In this document: positions 39,639 to 50,395 of the stretch, piece after piece | How positions within the stretch are numbered: position 1 is the stretch's first letter | Layout: the number at the start of each line of letters is the position of its first letter | Assembly: GCA_963781585.1 (NCBI GenBank) | Contig: CAWAGQ010000002.1 | Location: 32,001 to 96,000, forward strand | DNA: 64,000 nt | Direction: 5' to 3' | Origin: an uncultured Gemmatimonadaceae bacterium | GTDB taxonomy: Bacteria; Gemmatimonadota; Gemmatimonadetes; Gemmatimonadales; Gemmatimonadaceae | Notes under the pieces: generated by a model | Seen by the model: the letters and a program-made list of their open reading frames with translations, nothing else | Told to the model about the DNA's origin: nothing | Database searches by the model: none | Program-made: the position numbers and the translations under genes

Positions 39639-42600
39639 ATGCTCAAGCGCATCATCGAATGGTCGGTCGCCAACAAGCTGCTCGTCGTGCTGTTCACGCT
39701 CGCGGCGGCGCTGGGCGGCATCTGGGCGGTACGTCGCACGCCGCTCGAAGCGCTCCCCGACCTCTCCGACGTGCAGGTCATCGTGCAGACCGATTACAAC
39801 GAGCAGGCGCCGCAGATCGTGGAGGATCAGGTCACCTACCCGATCACCGCCGAGATGCTGAAGGTGCCCGGCGCGCGCGTGGTCCGCGGCTACTCGTTCT
39901 TCGGCGTGTCGTTCGTCTACGTGATCTTCCAGGATGGCACCGACCTGTACTGGGCGCGATCACGGGTTCTCGAGTACCTCAACGGACTCGTGGCCAAGCT
40001 GCCCGCAAGCGTCATCACCGCGCCTGGGACCGGACGCCACCGGACTGGGATGGGTCTTCCAGTACGCGCTCGAGGACACGAGCGGACGTCTCGATCTCGC
40101 GCAGCTGCGCAGCCTGCAGGACTGGTACGTGCGTTATGCGTTGACCGCGGTTCCCGGTGTGTCCGAGGTGGCGTCGGTGGGGGGATTCGAGAAGCAGTAC
40201 CAGGTGGACGTGGATCCCGAGAAGCTGCTGGCCTACGGGATTCCGGTCACGCGTGTGATGGAGGCCATCCGTAACGCGAACGCCGACGTCGGCGCGATGG
40301 TGCTCGAGCTGGCCGACCGCGAGTACATGGTGCGCGGGCTGGGGTACCTCGAATCGATTGGCGACATCGAGAACGTGGTGGTGGGCGCCACCGCGTCGGG
40401 TACGCCGATCCGGGTGGCCGAGCTGGGGCGGGTGTCGGTCGGTCCGGCGGTGCGGCGGGGCGTCGCCGACCTCGATGGGCGGGGTGACGCGGTGGGAGGG
40501 ATCGTGGTGATGCGATTCGGGGAGAACGCACTCGCCACCATCGAGCGGGTGAAGGCGAAGCTGGTCGAGGTGGAGAGAGGCCTGCCGCCGGGCGTGGTGA
40601 TCCAGCCGGTCTACGATCGCTCCGACCTCATTCACCGCGCCATTGAAACGCTGCGCGGCAAGCTGTTCGAGGAGAGCCTGATCGTCGCGCTGGTCTGTCT
40701 GGTCTTCCTCTTCCACGCCCGGTCCGCGCTGGTCGCCATTCTCACGCTTCCGTTAGGCGTGCTGATCGCGTTCATCGCCATGCGCTGGGTGGGGGTGGGC
40801 GCGGACATCATGTCGCTGGGCGGCATCGCCATCGCGGTCGGCGCCATGATCGACGCGGCGATCGTGATGGTCGAGAACATGCACAAGCACATCGAGCGGG
40901 CGCAGGGCAACGCCCCGATCGTTCGGGCGGTCCGCCCCGTCAGATTCTCGCTCGCGCGAATCCTCGGGCGCCGCTCTGCCGGAGCGGATTCGCGCGACGC
41001 GGATGTGCGGTGCACGATCCCCGCATCGCGGCGCTGGCAGATCGTCGTCGATTCGTCGAAGGAAGTGGGCCCGGCCCTCTTCTTCTCGCTGCTCATCATC
41101 ACGGTGTCGTTCCTCCCCGTGTTCACGCTGGAGGGACAGGAGGGACGCCTGTTCCGGCCGCTGGCGTTCACCAAGACGTTTGCGATGGCCGGCGCCAGCC
41201 TGCTGTCGGTGACCATCGTGCCGGTGATGATGGGCCTCTTCATCCGCGGACGGATCTACCGGGAGCGGGCCAATCCGGTGAACCGGGCGCTCATCAGGAT
41301 CTACCGCCCGGTCATCGAGTTCGTGCTCCGCCACCGGCTCGGCGTGATCGTGGCAAGCGGAATGGTGCTGATCCTCACCTGGATTCCGTGGAGCCGCATC
41401 GGCAGCGAGTTCATGCCGCCCCTGGAGGAGGGGTCCATTCTCTACATGCCCACCACGCTCCCGGGTGTGAGCGTGGCGCGCGCGCGCGCGATCCTGCAGA
41501 CACAGGACTCGATTCTCAAGTCCTTCCCGGAGGTGGAGCACGTGTGGGGAAAGAGCGGGCGCGCGAACACCGCGACCGATCCGGCCGGGCTCGACATGAT
41601 CGAGACGACGATCACGCTGAAGCCGAAGCAGGAATGGCGGAGCGGAATGACGCTACGATCGTCTCGTCGCGGCGATGGACTCGGCCGTGCGGCTTCCCGG
41701 GGTGTCCAACTCGTGGACCATGCCCATCAAGGGACGCATCGACATGCTCGCGACAGGCATTCGCACTGCCGTCGGCATCAAGATCTTCGGGCCGGACCTG
41801 GGCACACTGGAGCGCCTGGGAAAGGAAGTCGAAGATGCGGTTCGCATGGTTCCCGGAACGCGTACCGCATTCGCCGAGCGCGCCCAGTCGGGATAGTATC
41901 TCGACATCGCGATCGACCGGGCGGCGGCGGCCCGCTACGGGTTGAACGTGGGTGACGTGCAGGCCGTGATCGCCACGGCCATCGGCGGCATGACGATCAC
42001 GCAGACAGTGGAGGGTCGGGAGCGGTACGCGGTCCGCGTGCGCTATCCGCAGGAGCTGCGCGACAGTCCGGAGCGCCTGGCGAGCGTGCTGGTGAGCGTC
42101 CGGATCGGGGCGCCGTCGAAGGGCCGGTGCGCAACCGGGCGGAAATGGGAGGCAGATGAGCGGGATGGGCGCCGCGGCGCCCGCCGCCGCAGCGCGCAGA
42201 TCCCGTTAGGCCAGGTGGCGACGATTCGCGAGGTGCCCGGGCCGATGGTGGTGCGCACCGAGGGCGCAGTACCCACCGCCTGGGTCTACGTCGACATCAT
42301 AGGCCGCGACATCGGGAGCTACGTGCGCGAAGCGCAGGCAGCACGTGGAGGACATGGTGGTGCTGCCGCAAGGATACACGCTCACCTGGAGCGGGCAGTA
42401 CGAGTACATGCAGCGAGCACGCGAACGGATGAAACTGGTGGTGCCCGCCACGCTGGCCATCGTGTTCCTGCTGCTCTACTTCAACTTCAGGAGTGTGGCG
42501 GAAACGGCCATCGTCATGCTTTCGCTTCCGTTCGCGCTGGTTGGCGGCATCTGGTTCCTCTGGGCGTTGCACTACAACTGGTCGGTGGCGGTGGCGATCG

Positions 42601-43064
42601 GCTTCATCGCGCTGGCGGGCGTGGCGGCGGAAACGGGCGTCGTGATGCTGATCTTTCTCGATCTGGCGTGGCGGGCCAGGACGTCACGGGCCGGCCGTCC
42701 CACCCTGGCGGATCTGTACGACGCGGTGATCGAGGGAGCCGTGGAACGCGTGCGCCCGCGAATGATGACGACGGCCGCGATCATGGCCGGCCTCCTCCCC
42801 ATTCTCTGGGGAACGGGCGCGGGCGCGAGCGTCATGAAGCGCATCGCTGCGCCGATGGTGGGCGGCATGATCAGCAGCACGATCCTGACGCTGGTGGTGA
42901 TCCCGGCGATCTACGCGTTCTGGAAGGAACGCGAGGTGCGGGTGGCGCAGCGACGTGCCGCAGAGCGCGCCCCTGCGCTGGGCGCCGCCCTCGCCTTCGC
43001 TGGTGCATCGAACATTCCGCCGACCCCGCGGTCGCCGGGGCACGAATACAAGGAGGAGCCATGA
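39639..43064 (+). CDS. cusA: CusA/CzcA heavy-metal efflux RND permease (several frameshifts and one in-frame TAG)
   Basis: [50 protein letters not shown]. Breaks near 40020, 41655, 41894 (TAG), about 42130-42170 and 42340. Confidence 0.9.
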
Positions 43065-43594
43065 AGCGCCGGAAATCGAAGACCACGCCAGCCGTCCACC
43101 AGGGCGATCGACGATCCGGCCGCGTACTGATGTCGAGGCGCGCCTGGTTCGGCGCCGCCGCAGGCGGAGCGGCCGTGCTGCTGGCCGGAAGGCGGTTCTG
43201 GCCGGCGACTGCAACAGCGCGCCGCGCAGGCCAGGTCACCGTGTACCGGAGCCCGCTGTGCAGCTGCTGCGGCAACTGGATCGGCGACATGCGCAAGGCG
43301 GGATTCAACGTCGATGAGGTGAGCATGGACGACGTGACGCCAATCAAGCGCACGCGCGGCGTGCCGGAGCGTCTGTACGCCTGTCACACGGCCGAGGCGG
43401 AAGGATTCGTGTTCGAGGGGCACGTGCCGCCCGATCTGGTGTCGCGGATGTTGCGTGAGCGTCCCGCGTTCCTCGGACTCGCTGTGCCGGGGATGCCGCA
43501 GAGCGCTCCGGGAATGGATATCGGTCACCAGCCGTACGACGTGATCTCGTTCACCCGGGGTGGCCAGACGGCCGTCTTTGCGAGGAGGTCGTGA
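43061..43594 (+). CDS. DUF411 family metal-binding protein (CopG-like) with Tat-like signal
   Basis: AGGAGG RBS, SRRAWFG, CSCCGNW, ACHTA, EGHVP, GLAVPGMP. Confidence 0.88.
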   Translation: MKRRKSKTTPAVHQGDRRSGRVLMSRRAWFGAAAGGAAVLLAGRRFWPATATARRAGQVTVYRSPLCSCCGNWIGDMRKAGFNVDEVSMDDVTPIKRTRGVPERLYACHTAEAEGFVFEGHVPPDLVSRMLRERPAFLGLAVPGMPQSAPGMDIGHQPYDVISFTRGGQTAVFARRS

Positions 43595-43716
43595 ACGATG
43601 CCGCCCACCGCCCTCGCCAGATACGAGGCGACGAGTGAGCCGGACCGTCCGCCTTGGTGGCGACGTACGCTCCCGCTACGGTGGCGATGATGGGTCCGGG
43701 CTGGCACGGGCCCGCG

Positions 43717-44211
43717 TCACGCGCCGTCTGAATCGGTCGCTCGCACGGATTCCGTGACGTCGCCTCGCTCTCCGTTCAACTCCAGGCTCCACTCGATCGG
43801 AATCGCCGGATCGAGCGAGTCGCGCACCGAGCAGTACTTGTTCACCGCCAGCTCGATCGCGCGCTCGGCGTGCTCTCGCTCGATCGCCTCGCCGGTCACC
43901 TGGAAGTCGAGACGTACACCAGTCACCCGTGCCGGGATGGCGCCGGCGCGGTCGGCATGCACATCGATGTCGAGCGACGCCGCCGGCGTCCGGCGTTTCT
44001 CGAGAATGGAAACCACGTCAATTGCGGAACAGGTCGCCAGCGCGCAGAGCAGCGTCTCGACGGGGCCGGGACCCGACTTCCCGGACCCATCGATACGAAT
44101 CCATGGACGCTCCGGGTGCCCCGCCTCGAACACCTCGTCACCGATCCAGCGCGCATGAACGTGATTGACGCGCTTCTTCCCGGTGGCGATGTACTCTCGT
44201 GTGACGCTCAT
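43717..44211 (-). CDS. OsmC/YhfA family protein
   Basis: PGPVETLLCALATCSAIDVVSIL, KYCSV. Confidence 0.88.
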   Translation of the reverse strand: MSVTREYIATGKKRVNHVHARWIGDEVFEAGHPERPWIRIDGSGKSGPGPVETLLCALATCSAIDVVSILEKRRTPAASLDIDVHADRAGAIPARVTGVRLDFQVTGEAIEREHAERAIELAVNKYCSVRDSLDPAIPIEWSLELNGERGDVTESVRATDSDGA

Positions 44212-44246
44212 GGGCGATGGGATTCGGTGAGGGGAAGGGAATCAAC

Positions 44247-44420
44247 CAGCTATCAGCAAGCAGCTATCAGCAAACAGCTACCAGCTCTCAGCAAACGCGT
44301 CAGGCCATCTCCATCGTGAAAGCCGGTCAGGGACACGGTCACCGCTACCAGCTCTCAGCGGGCAGCGACGAGCAATCAACTGGACTCCGCGCCCCGGCCT
44401 CCGGTCCCCCGGACTCCCCC
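44247..44420 (+). repeat. Mosaic of degenerate heptamer tandem repeats (CAGCNNN; GGNCNCC)
   Basis: Seven CAGCnnn units at 44247-44295, five at 44342-44376, and a further 7-bp tract at 44382-44420. Confidence 0.8.
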
Positions 44421-44421
44421 G

Positions 44422-45324
44422 CTACGGCTTCTCCCCCTTCCGGATGGGAGAGCGCACCGCATTCCCCCACTCGGTCCAGCTCCCGTCGTAGTTCCGCACC
44501 TGCCCGTAGCCGAGGAGATACGTCAGCACGAACCAGGTATGCGACGACCGCTCACCGATGCGGCAGTACGCCACGACGTCATCGTCAGGTCGCAGCCCCT
44601 GCTCCTGTTCGTAGATCGCACGCAGCTCGTCGGCGGTCTTGAACGTTCCGTCCTGGTTCACGGCACGCCCCCACGGAATGCTCTTCGCGCCAGGAATATG
44701 TCCGCCGCGCAGCGTTCCCTCCTGCGGATAGTCAGGCATGTGCGTCCGCTCACCCGAATACTCCTGCGGCGACCGCACGTCCACCAGCGGCCGCTTCGCA
44801 TCCGCGTGCTCACGCACCTGAGCGAAGAAGGCACGTATGCGCGCGTCGGATCGCTCCGGAGCCACATACCGTGTCGGGGCGAACGTGGGGACCTCGGTCG
44901 ACATCGGCCGCTGCTCCAGCTCCCACTTGGTGCGGCCGCCATCGAGCACCTTGGCGTTTGCGAACCCGAACAACTGGAAGACCCAGAAGGCGTAACAAGC
45001 CCACCAGTTGTTCTTGTCGCCGTAGAACACCACCAGCGTGGAGGCGTCGATCCCTTTTCGTCGCAGCAGGTCCTGGAACGTCGCGCGGTCCACGTAGTCG
45101 CGGATGACCGGATCATTCAGGTCCTGGTGCCAATCGACCTTCTGCGCATTCGGGATGTGTCCCATGTCGTAGAGCAGAACGTCTTCGTCACTCTCGATCA
45201 CGCGTACGTTGCTGTCGTTCAGGTGGGCCGCGAGCCAGTCGGTGGTGACGAGGTATTCGGGATGGGCATAGCCCTTGTCGAGAATGGCAGGGCTGGTGAT
45301 CGGCGTCGTGGATGCAGCAGTCAT
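44422..45324 (-). CDS. Thiosulfate sulfurtransferase (two-domain rhodanese, CysA/SseA-like)
   Basis: GHIPNA, GHIPGA, active site [14 protein letters not shown]. Confidence 0.93.
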   Translation of the reverse strand: MTAASTTPITSPAILDKGYAHPEYLVTTDWLAAHLNDSNVRVIESDEDVLLYDMGHIPNAQKVDWHQDLNDPVIRDYVDRATFQDLLRRKGIDASTLVVFYGDKNNWWACYAFWVFQLFGFANAKVLDGGRTKWELEQRPMSTEVPTFAPTRYVAPERSDARIRAFFAQVREHADAKRPLVDVRSPQEYSGERTHMPDYPQEGTLRGGHIPGAKSIPWGRAVNQDGTFKTADELRAIYEQEQGLRPDDDVVAYCRIGERSSHTWFVLTYLLGYGQVRNYDGSWTEWGNAVRSPIRKGEKP

Positions 45325-45345
45325 GTGGTCTCCTTGAAACAAGCG

Positions 45346-45372
45346 AATATCCGATAACATTAATCGGGTATT
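45346..45372. promoter_or_regulatory. Inverted-repeat operator upstream of the sulfurtransferase
   Basis: AATATCCGAT-N7-ATCGGGTATT (one mismatch). Confidence 0.55.
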
Positions 45373-45664
45373 TCCGGCGTCGGGAGAGAGGAGCGAACCG
45401 GACAGTAGGCGCAGTGTGCGGCATGGCGTCGCTCGCGTCGAAGTGAGACGACGGCGAGAGCGCAGGCGGCGCGGCATTGCGGCTTCGGTTGTGTTGTTGC
45501 GGCCGATACATCGCCTGCGCGATGCGATCGAGAGCCCATCCATCGCGCCCGCCGTGCTCAACGCGGAAGCGCACGTCGTGCGCGCCGAGACGCCGAAGAA
45601 GACGCTCCTGGTGCCGCTCGCACTGGAATTAGTGCGGTGGGGCGTGCGATGATGCGTGGTGGTA

Positions 45665-45713
45665 TGGCCTATAGCCTATGACCTCTGGCCTATGACCTCT
45701 GGCCTATGACCTC
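45665..45713 (+). repeat. Heptamer tandem repeat (TGGCCTA/TGACCTC)
   Basis: Seven units, same family as 27607-27655. Confidence 0.9.
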
Positions 45714-46098
45714 CTTCCCACCTCCTACGCTCGACGATCGCCGCCCCTTCATGGAGCCCTACGCGCACCACGTGCTGGTGTGCACGGGCCAATTCTGCTC
45801 GCCCAACCGGGAGGGGCGCGTGCTGTACGCGCACCTCGCGGCACTGCTCGAGCGCGAAGACCTCCTCTTCGGCCCGCGCCGCGTCAAACGCGGCGAGACC
45901 CCGTGCCTCGGCGTCTGCGCCGGAGGCCCGATCGTGGTCGTCTACCCGGAAGGCGTCTGGTACGCCGCCGTCACGCCGTCGCTGCTGGAGCGGATCGTGA
46001 TGGAGCATCTGAAGGGAGGGCGGGTCGTCGAGGAGGCGGTGTTCCATCGCCTCCACCAGGACCCGGCAGTCTCTCCACCGCCAAGCCGCTCGCGATAG
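45706..46098 (+). CDS. Thioredoxin-like [2Fe-2S] ferredoxin
   Basis: HVLVCTGQFC, PCLGVCAGGPIVVVYPEGVWY. Start may be 45751. Confidence 0.9.
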   Translation: MTSFPPPTLDDRRPFMEPYAHHVLVCTGQFCSPNREGRVLYAHLAALLEREDLLFGPRRVKRGETPCLGVCAGGPIVVVYPEGVWYAAVTPSLLERIVMEHLKGGRVVEEAVFHRLHQDPAVSPPPSRSR

Positions 46099-46117
46099 CT
46101 GTTAAGTTTGGGCGGCC

Positions 46118-46840
46118 ATGCAACTCACGCTGCGCGAGGCGGCAAAATACCTGGACGTGAGCGAGAGCTCGCTCCGCCGATGGATCACTGAACGGGATCT
46201 TCCCGTTCACACGATGAATGAGCGGCTCTACCTGAATGCCGTGGAGCTGTGGGAATGGGCTGTGGAACACGGCGTCCATGTGTCTCGCCGCCTCATGGAG
46301 CACGCACGGCGCGCTCCCGATCCGGTGCCACCCATCTCGGAATTGCTGCGCGCCGGCGGCGTGTTTCACGACGTGGAAGCCCCTGACAAGCCGGCGCTCC
46401 TCCGGGAGATCGTCGCCCGCCTGGCCCTTCCACCGGAGCAGAACCGCGACGCGCTGCTGAGTGTCCTCGAAGCACGCGAAGCGATGGGCTCCACCGGCAT
46501 CGGCGATGGGATCGCGATTCCGCACGTGCGGAATCCGATCGTTCTTCACGTAGAGCGGCCGTTCGTCGCGCTGTGTCTTCTGCGTCACGCGGTGGAGTTC
46601 GACGCGATCGACGGCCAGCCGGTACATGCGCTCTTCATCGTGGTCAGTCCCACCGTTCCCATGCACCTGCGCATCCTTGGTCAGCTTGGCTTCCTGCTGC
46701 GTGACCAGATGCTGCGACACATGCTCCGCGATCGCCTGACGGCGGACGAGATTCTCGGACGCATCGAGATGGTCGAGGCTACGCACACCACGGGATCGTT
46801 CTCGCTGGGCGCCTCCCCCGGCGCTCGGACCAGCACGTAA
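46118..46840 (+). CDS. Excisionase-type HTH fused to a PTS EIIA(Ntr/Fru)-type domain
   Basis: LTLREAAKYLDVSESSLRRWI; REAMGSTGIGDGIAIPH; HLRILGQL. Confidence 0.9.
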   Translation: MQLTLREAAKYLDVSESSLRRWITERDLPVHTMNERLYLNAVELWEWAVEHGVHVSRRLMEHARRAPDPVPPISELLRAGGVFHDVEAPDKPALLREIVARLALPPEQNRDALLSVLEAREAMGSTGIGDGIAIPHVRNPIVLHVERPFVALCLLRHAVEFDAIDGQPVHALFIVVSPTVPMHLRILGQLGFLLRDQMLRHMLRDRLTADEILGRIEMVEATHTTGSFSLGASPGARTST

Positions 46841-48810
46841 TGGCGCTGTTCTTCGCCGGACTGGGCCTGATCATCGCCGGCGCCATCGTCGCCACGATCC
46901 TCCGGGAATGGGATGGAGCAGACGCGCTCTTTCAGGTGCTGGTCATCACCGGGTGCGTCCTGTCGGGCGCCCAAGCCGTGTCGGTGCTGGTGCAGGGCAC
47001 CCATCCCCAGTTCGTGCTGCACGCGTCTGTGCCCGGGGGCGACTGGGTATTCGGCATCGATGCGCTCTCGGCGGTGTTCCTCCTGGTCGTCCTTGTCGTG
47101 GGCGCCATCACGCTGCGCTTCGGCGTCGTGTATCTCGCGGCGTACCGCGGGCAGCGCCCGATCTGGTTTTCGCACGCGACGTACGCCGTTCTCCTTGTCG
47201 CCCTCGCTCTGGTCGTCGTCGCGCGCGCCGTCGTGCCGTTCCTCTCGGCATGGGAGATCATGGCGGTCGGTTCGTACTTCCTCATCGTCTTCGAGGATGA
47301 GAAACCCGAGGTGCGGCGTGCCGGTCTGGTGTACCTCGTTGCCACGCATGCCGGGACCCTGGCGCTCTTGGCGATGTTTGCGACCTGGGCGATGGGAGCC
47401 CACGCCGCGGACTGGTCGTTCTCGTCGCTCGCGGTCGTCGCGCCTCGGCTGGCGGGCGGCGGGTTCGTGCTGACGCTGGCCGCTGTCGGGTTCGGCGTGA
47501 AGGCCGGCCTCGTCCCACTGCATTTCTGGCTTCCGCCCGCCCACGCCGCCGCGCCCACACACGTGTCCGCAATCCTTTCCGGGGTTGTGATCAAGGCCGG
47601 GATCTATGGTCTGCTGCGGGTGCTCGCGATGCTGGGTGGCGCACCCGCCTGGTGGGGATGGGGCTTGCTGCTGGTGGGCGCCGCCTCTGGTGTGCTGGGT
47701 GTGCTGTGGGCCCTGGCGCAGCACGACCTCAAACGCCTGCTGGCGTACCACAGCGTCGAGAACATCGGCATCATCCTGATGGGAACCGCCGTCGGTGCGT
47801 TAGGCACGCACTACGGGCACCCGGTCGTGGCGACCATCGGCTACGCCGGCGCCGTGCTGCACACCATCAACCATGCGCTCTTCAAGAGCGTCCTCTTCCT
47901 GGCAGGGGGCTCGGTGTATCGGGCGACCGCGACCAGGGAACTGGAGCAGCTCGGCGGACTCGCGCGGGCGCTGCCGTACACCACGATCGCCTTTGTCATC
48001 GGTGCGGTGGCCATCATCGGATTGCCGCCCCTCAACGGTTTCGTGAGCGAATGGCTCGTGTACCAGGCCCTGTTGCGCGCGTCCCAGTCGGCCGAGGTGC
48101 TTCGTCTCGCCGTACTCGGCGTGCCGGCCCTGGCCTTGATCGGCGCGCTGGCCCTCGCGTGTTTCGCCAAGGTCATCGGGGTGGTCTTTCTGGGTACACC
48201 CCGAAGCGCACACGCGCGAGACGTGAGCGAGGTGCCGCTCCGCCCGCTCGTCGCTCCCATGTACGTGCTCGCCGGCCTTTGCGTCGTGCTCGGTGTAGCC
48301 GCGCCTCTCGGAGTGGCACCTTCACTGCGCGCCGGAGCGATCGCCGCGCACGCGTCGGCCGTGGATCTGGGAGACGCCCGTGCGCTGCTCGTGGATGCGC
48401 GCGTGATCGGCACGCTGGCCGTCGCGATGCTCGCACTCATTCTTGTGGTCTGGGTCGGCCGTGGGCTATTGCAGGCGCGCGCACCGCGGCGGACCGGCGT
48501 GACATGGAGCTGCGGATACACTCGTGTCTCCCCGCGCATGCAGTACACCGCCTCGTCGTTCGCGGCGCCTCTGCTCACCGCGTTCGGACGCCTGAGCGGA
48601 GTGCAGACCTCGCGATCACCCACCTCGTTCGCGACGCATCCGTACGATCTGGTGCTCGATCGCCTGGCCGCGCCCGTCTGGGCACGTGTCCGTCGAGCGG
48701 CCCTGCGCCTGCGCCCTCTGCAGCAGGGGCGGCTGTACGCGTACCTCATCTACGTCATGACGGCTCTGCTCGCGCTCCTCGGTTACCTCGCCCTCGCATC
48801 GCGCCCATGA
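46840..48810 (+). CDS. hyfB: HyfB-like antiporter-type membrane subunit
   Basis: PLHFWLPPAHAAAP, DLKRLLAYHSVENIG, PPLNGFVSEW, WSCGY..RMQYTASSF. Confidence 0.88.
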   Translation: MALFFAGLGLIIAGAIVATILREWDGADALFQVLVITGCVLSGAQAVSVLVQGTHPQFVLHASVPGGDWVFGIDALSAVFLLVVLVVGAITLRFGVVYLAAYRGQRPIWFSHATYAVLLVALALVVVARAVVPFLSAWEIMAVGSYFLIVFEDEKPEVRRAGLVYLVATHAGTLALLAMFATWAMGAHAADWSFSSLAVVAPRLAGGGFVLTLAAVGFGVKAGLVPLHFWLPPAHAAAPTHVSAILSGVVIKAGIYGLLRVLAMLGGAPAWWGWGLLLVGAASGVLGVLWALAQHDLKRLLAYHSVENIGIILMGTAVGALGTHYGHPVVATIGYAGAVLHTINHALFKSVLFLAGGSVYRATATRELEQLGGLARALPYTTIAFVIGAVAIIGLPPLNGFVSEWLVYQALLRASQSAEVLRLAVLGVPALALIGALALACFAKVIGVVFLGTPRSAHARDVSEVPLRPLVAPMYVLAGLCVVLGVAAPLGVAPSLRAGAIAAHASAVDLGDARALLVDARVIGTLAVAMLALILVVWVGRGLLQARAPRRTGVTWSCGYTRVSPRMQYTASSFAAPLLTAFGRLSGVQTSRSPTSFATHPYDLVLDRLAAPVWARVRRAALRLRPLQQGRLYAYLIYVMTALLALLGYLALASRP

Positions 48811-49745
48811 ATGCGGACCTGGCAACGCGGCCGGCGCTCGTGTCGGCGTTGGTGGCGTGGGTTGTCCTGCTCCTCACTGCGCCCCTCATCCCCGGCGTGG
48901 CGACGAGGACGAACGCGCTGCTCACCGGCCGTCGTGGCGCACCCGTGTGGCAACTGTACGCGGATCTGTGGAAGCTGCTGCGACGCGGCACGGTCTATAG
49001 CGCCACGGCCACGATGATCTTCCGACTCGTGCCGGTGGTACTCGCGGTGACCACGGTGCTCGCCGCCGCGCTCGTCCCGCTCGATGGCCGGCGGTCGCTC
49101 ATCGGTTTCTCGGGAGACGCGGTCGCCTTTGTGTACCTGCTGGCGCTGGGGCGCCTGCTCCTGGTCCTGGGGGCGTTCGACACGGGGTCCAGCTTCGGAG
49201 GCATGGGTGCGAGTCGGGAAGTGACGCTCGCGAGTCTGGTCGAGCCGGGACTCTTCATCTCGCTGGCGGCCCTGGTGGTGACGACGCATCGTCTGTCGTT
49301 GACCGGCATGCTCGGCGCTCAGCTCTGGAGCCAGCCGCGGCTCGTTGCGCCAACCGTCCTGCTGCTCGCCGGCAGCATTTTCGTGCTGATGCTCTCGGAA
49401 TGCGCGCGTGTGCCCGTGGACGACCCCGCGACCCACCTCGAGCTGACCATGATCCATGAAGTCATGGTGCTCGATCACAGCGGCCCCGATCTGGCGCTGA
49501 TCCTGTACTCCGGCGCCCTCAAGCTCGGCGTGTTCGCCGCGTTGCTGGTGGACCTCGTCGTACGACGGACGACCGTCCCGTCGTGGCTCGCATCGCTCGA
49601 ACTTCTGGGCGGACTGCTGATGGCGGGTATCGCCATTGGCGTCGTGGAAGGGTCCACGGCCCGTCTCCGCCTGCCGAAAGTCCCGCTGTACATCGCCGGC
49701 GGCGCGGCGCTGGCGTTCTTCGGCTTGATCCTGGTCCTCCAGTAG
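48807..49745 (+). CDS. hyfC: HyfC/HycD (NuoH-like) membrane subunit
   Basis: GRRGAPVWQLYADLWKL, GMGASRE, RVPVDDPATHLELTMIHE. Confidence 0.88.
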   Translation: MNADLATRPALVSALVAWVVLLLTAPLIPGVATRTNALLTGRRGAPVWQLYADLWKLLRRGTVYSATATMIFRLVPVVLAVTTVLAAALVPLDGRRSLIGFSGDAVAFVYLLALGRLLLVLGAFDTGSSFGGMGASREVTLASLVEPGLFISLAALVVTTHRLSLTGMLGAQLWSQPRLVAPTVLLLAGSIFVLMLSECARVPVDDPATHLELTMIHEVMVLDHSGPDLALILYSGALKLGVFAALLVDLVVRRTTVPSWLASLELLGGLLMAGIAIGVVEGSTARLRLPKVPLYIAGGAALAFFGLILVLQ

Positions 49746-49756
49746 CCGCCGGTTCC

Positions 49757-50395
49757 ATGGACTCGCTCACGCAGCTCATCCTCTTCCTGGTAGTGCTCAC
49801 GGATTTCGCGGCGCTTGGCATGTCGCGGCTCACGGCCTGCATCCGCGCGGTGGCGTTCCAGGGCCTGTTGCTGGGCGTGTTGCCACTCGCGCTGCACGCG
49901 TCGTATTCGCTGCACACCATCGCACTCGGCGCCGGGACCGTAGTCATCAAGGCGGTCGTGCTCCCCGCGTCGCTGCGCTACGCGATCCGCGAAGCAGCCG
50001 TGCGCCGTGAGGTCGAACCGCTCATCGGCTACTCCGGCTCGGTGCTGCTCGGACTCGGCGCCCTCGCGGTGGCGTTCGTCGTCTCGGGGATGCTCCCGGT
50101 GCGCGCCGCGGAATCGCCGCTGCTCATTCCGGTCGCGCTGTTCACGCTGATGACGGGCCTGGTGATTCTCATTACCCGCATCAAGGCGCTGATGCAGGTC
50201 GTTGGCTATCTGATGCTGGAGAACGGCATCTACCTGTTCGGACTCACCCAGGCGCAGCGCGTCCCGTTCCTCGTGGAGATCGGCGTTCTGCTCGACGTCT
50301 TCGTGGCCGTGTTCATCATGGGCATCGTGGTCTTTCACATCAACCGCGAATTCGATTCCATCTCGGCCGCGCGGTTGACGGATCTTCGCGAGTGA
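49757..50395 (+). CDS. hyfE: HyfE-like membrane subunit
   Basis: QVVGYLMLENGI, VEIGVLLDV. Confidence 0.88.
   Translation: MDSLTQLILFLVVLTDFAALGMSRLTACIRAVAFQGLLLGVLPLALHASYSLHTIALGAGTVVIKAVVLPASLRYAIREAAVRREVEPLIGYSGSVLLGLGALAVAFVVSGMLPVRAAESPLLIPVALFTLMTGLVILITRIKALMQVVGYLMLENGIYLFGLTQAQRVPFLVEIGVLLDVFVAVFIMGIVVFHINREFDSISAARLTDLRE

Noticed and set aside
45416..45652. 78-aa ORF between the sulfurtransferase and the ferredoxin
   Set aside because: No RBS or recognisable motif; cannot be supported.
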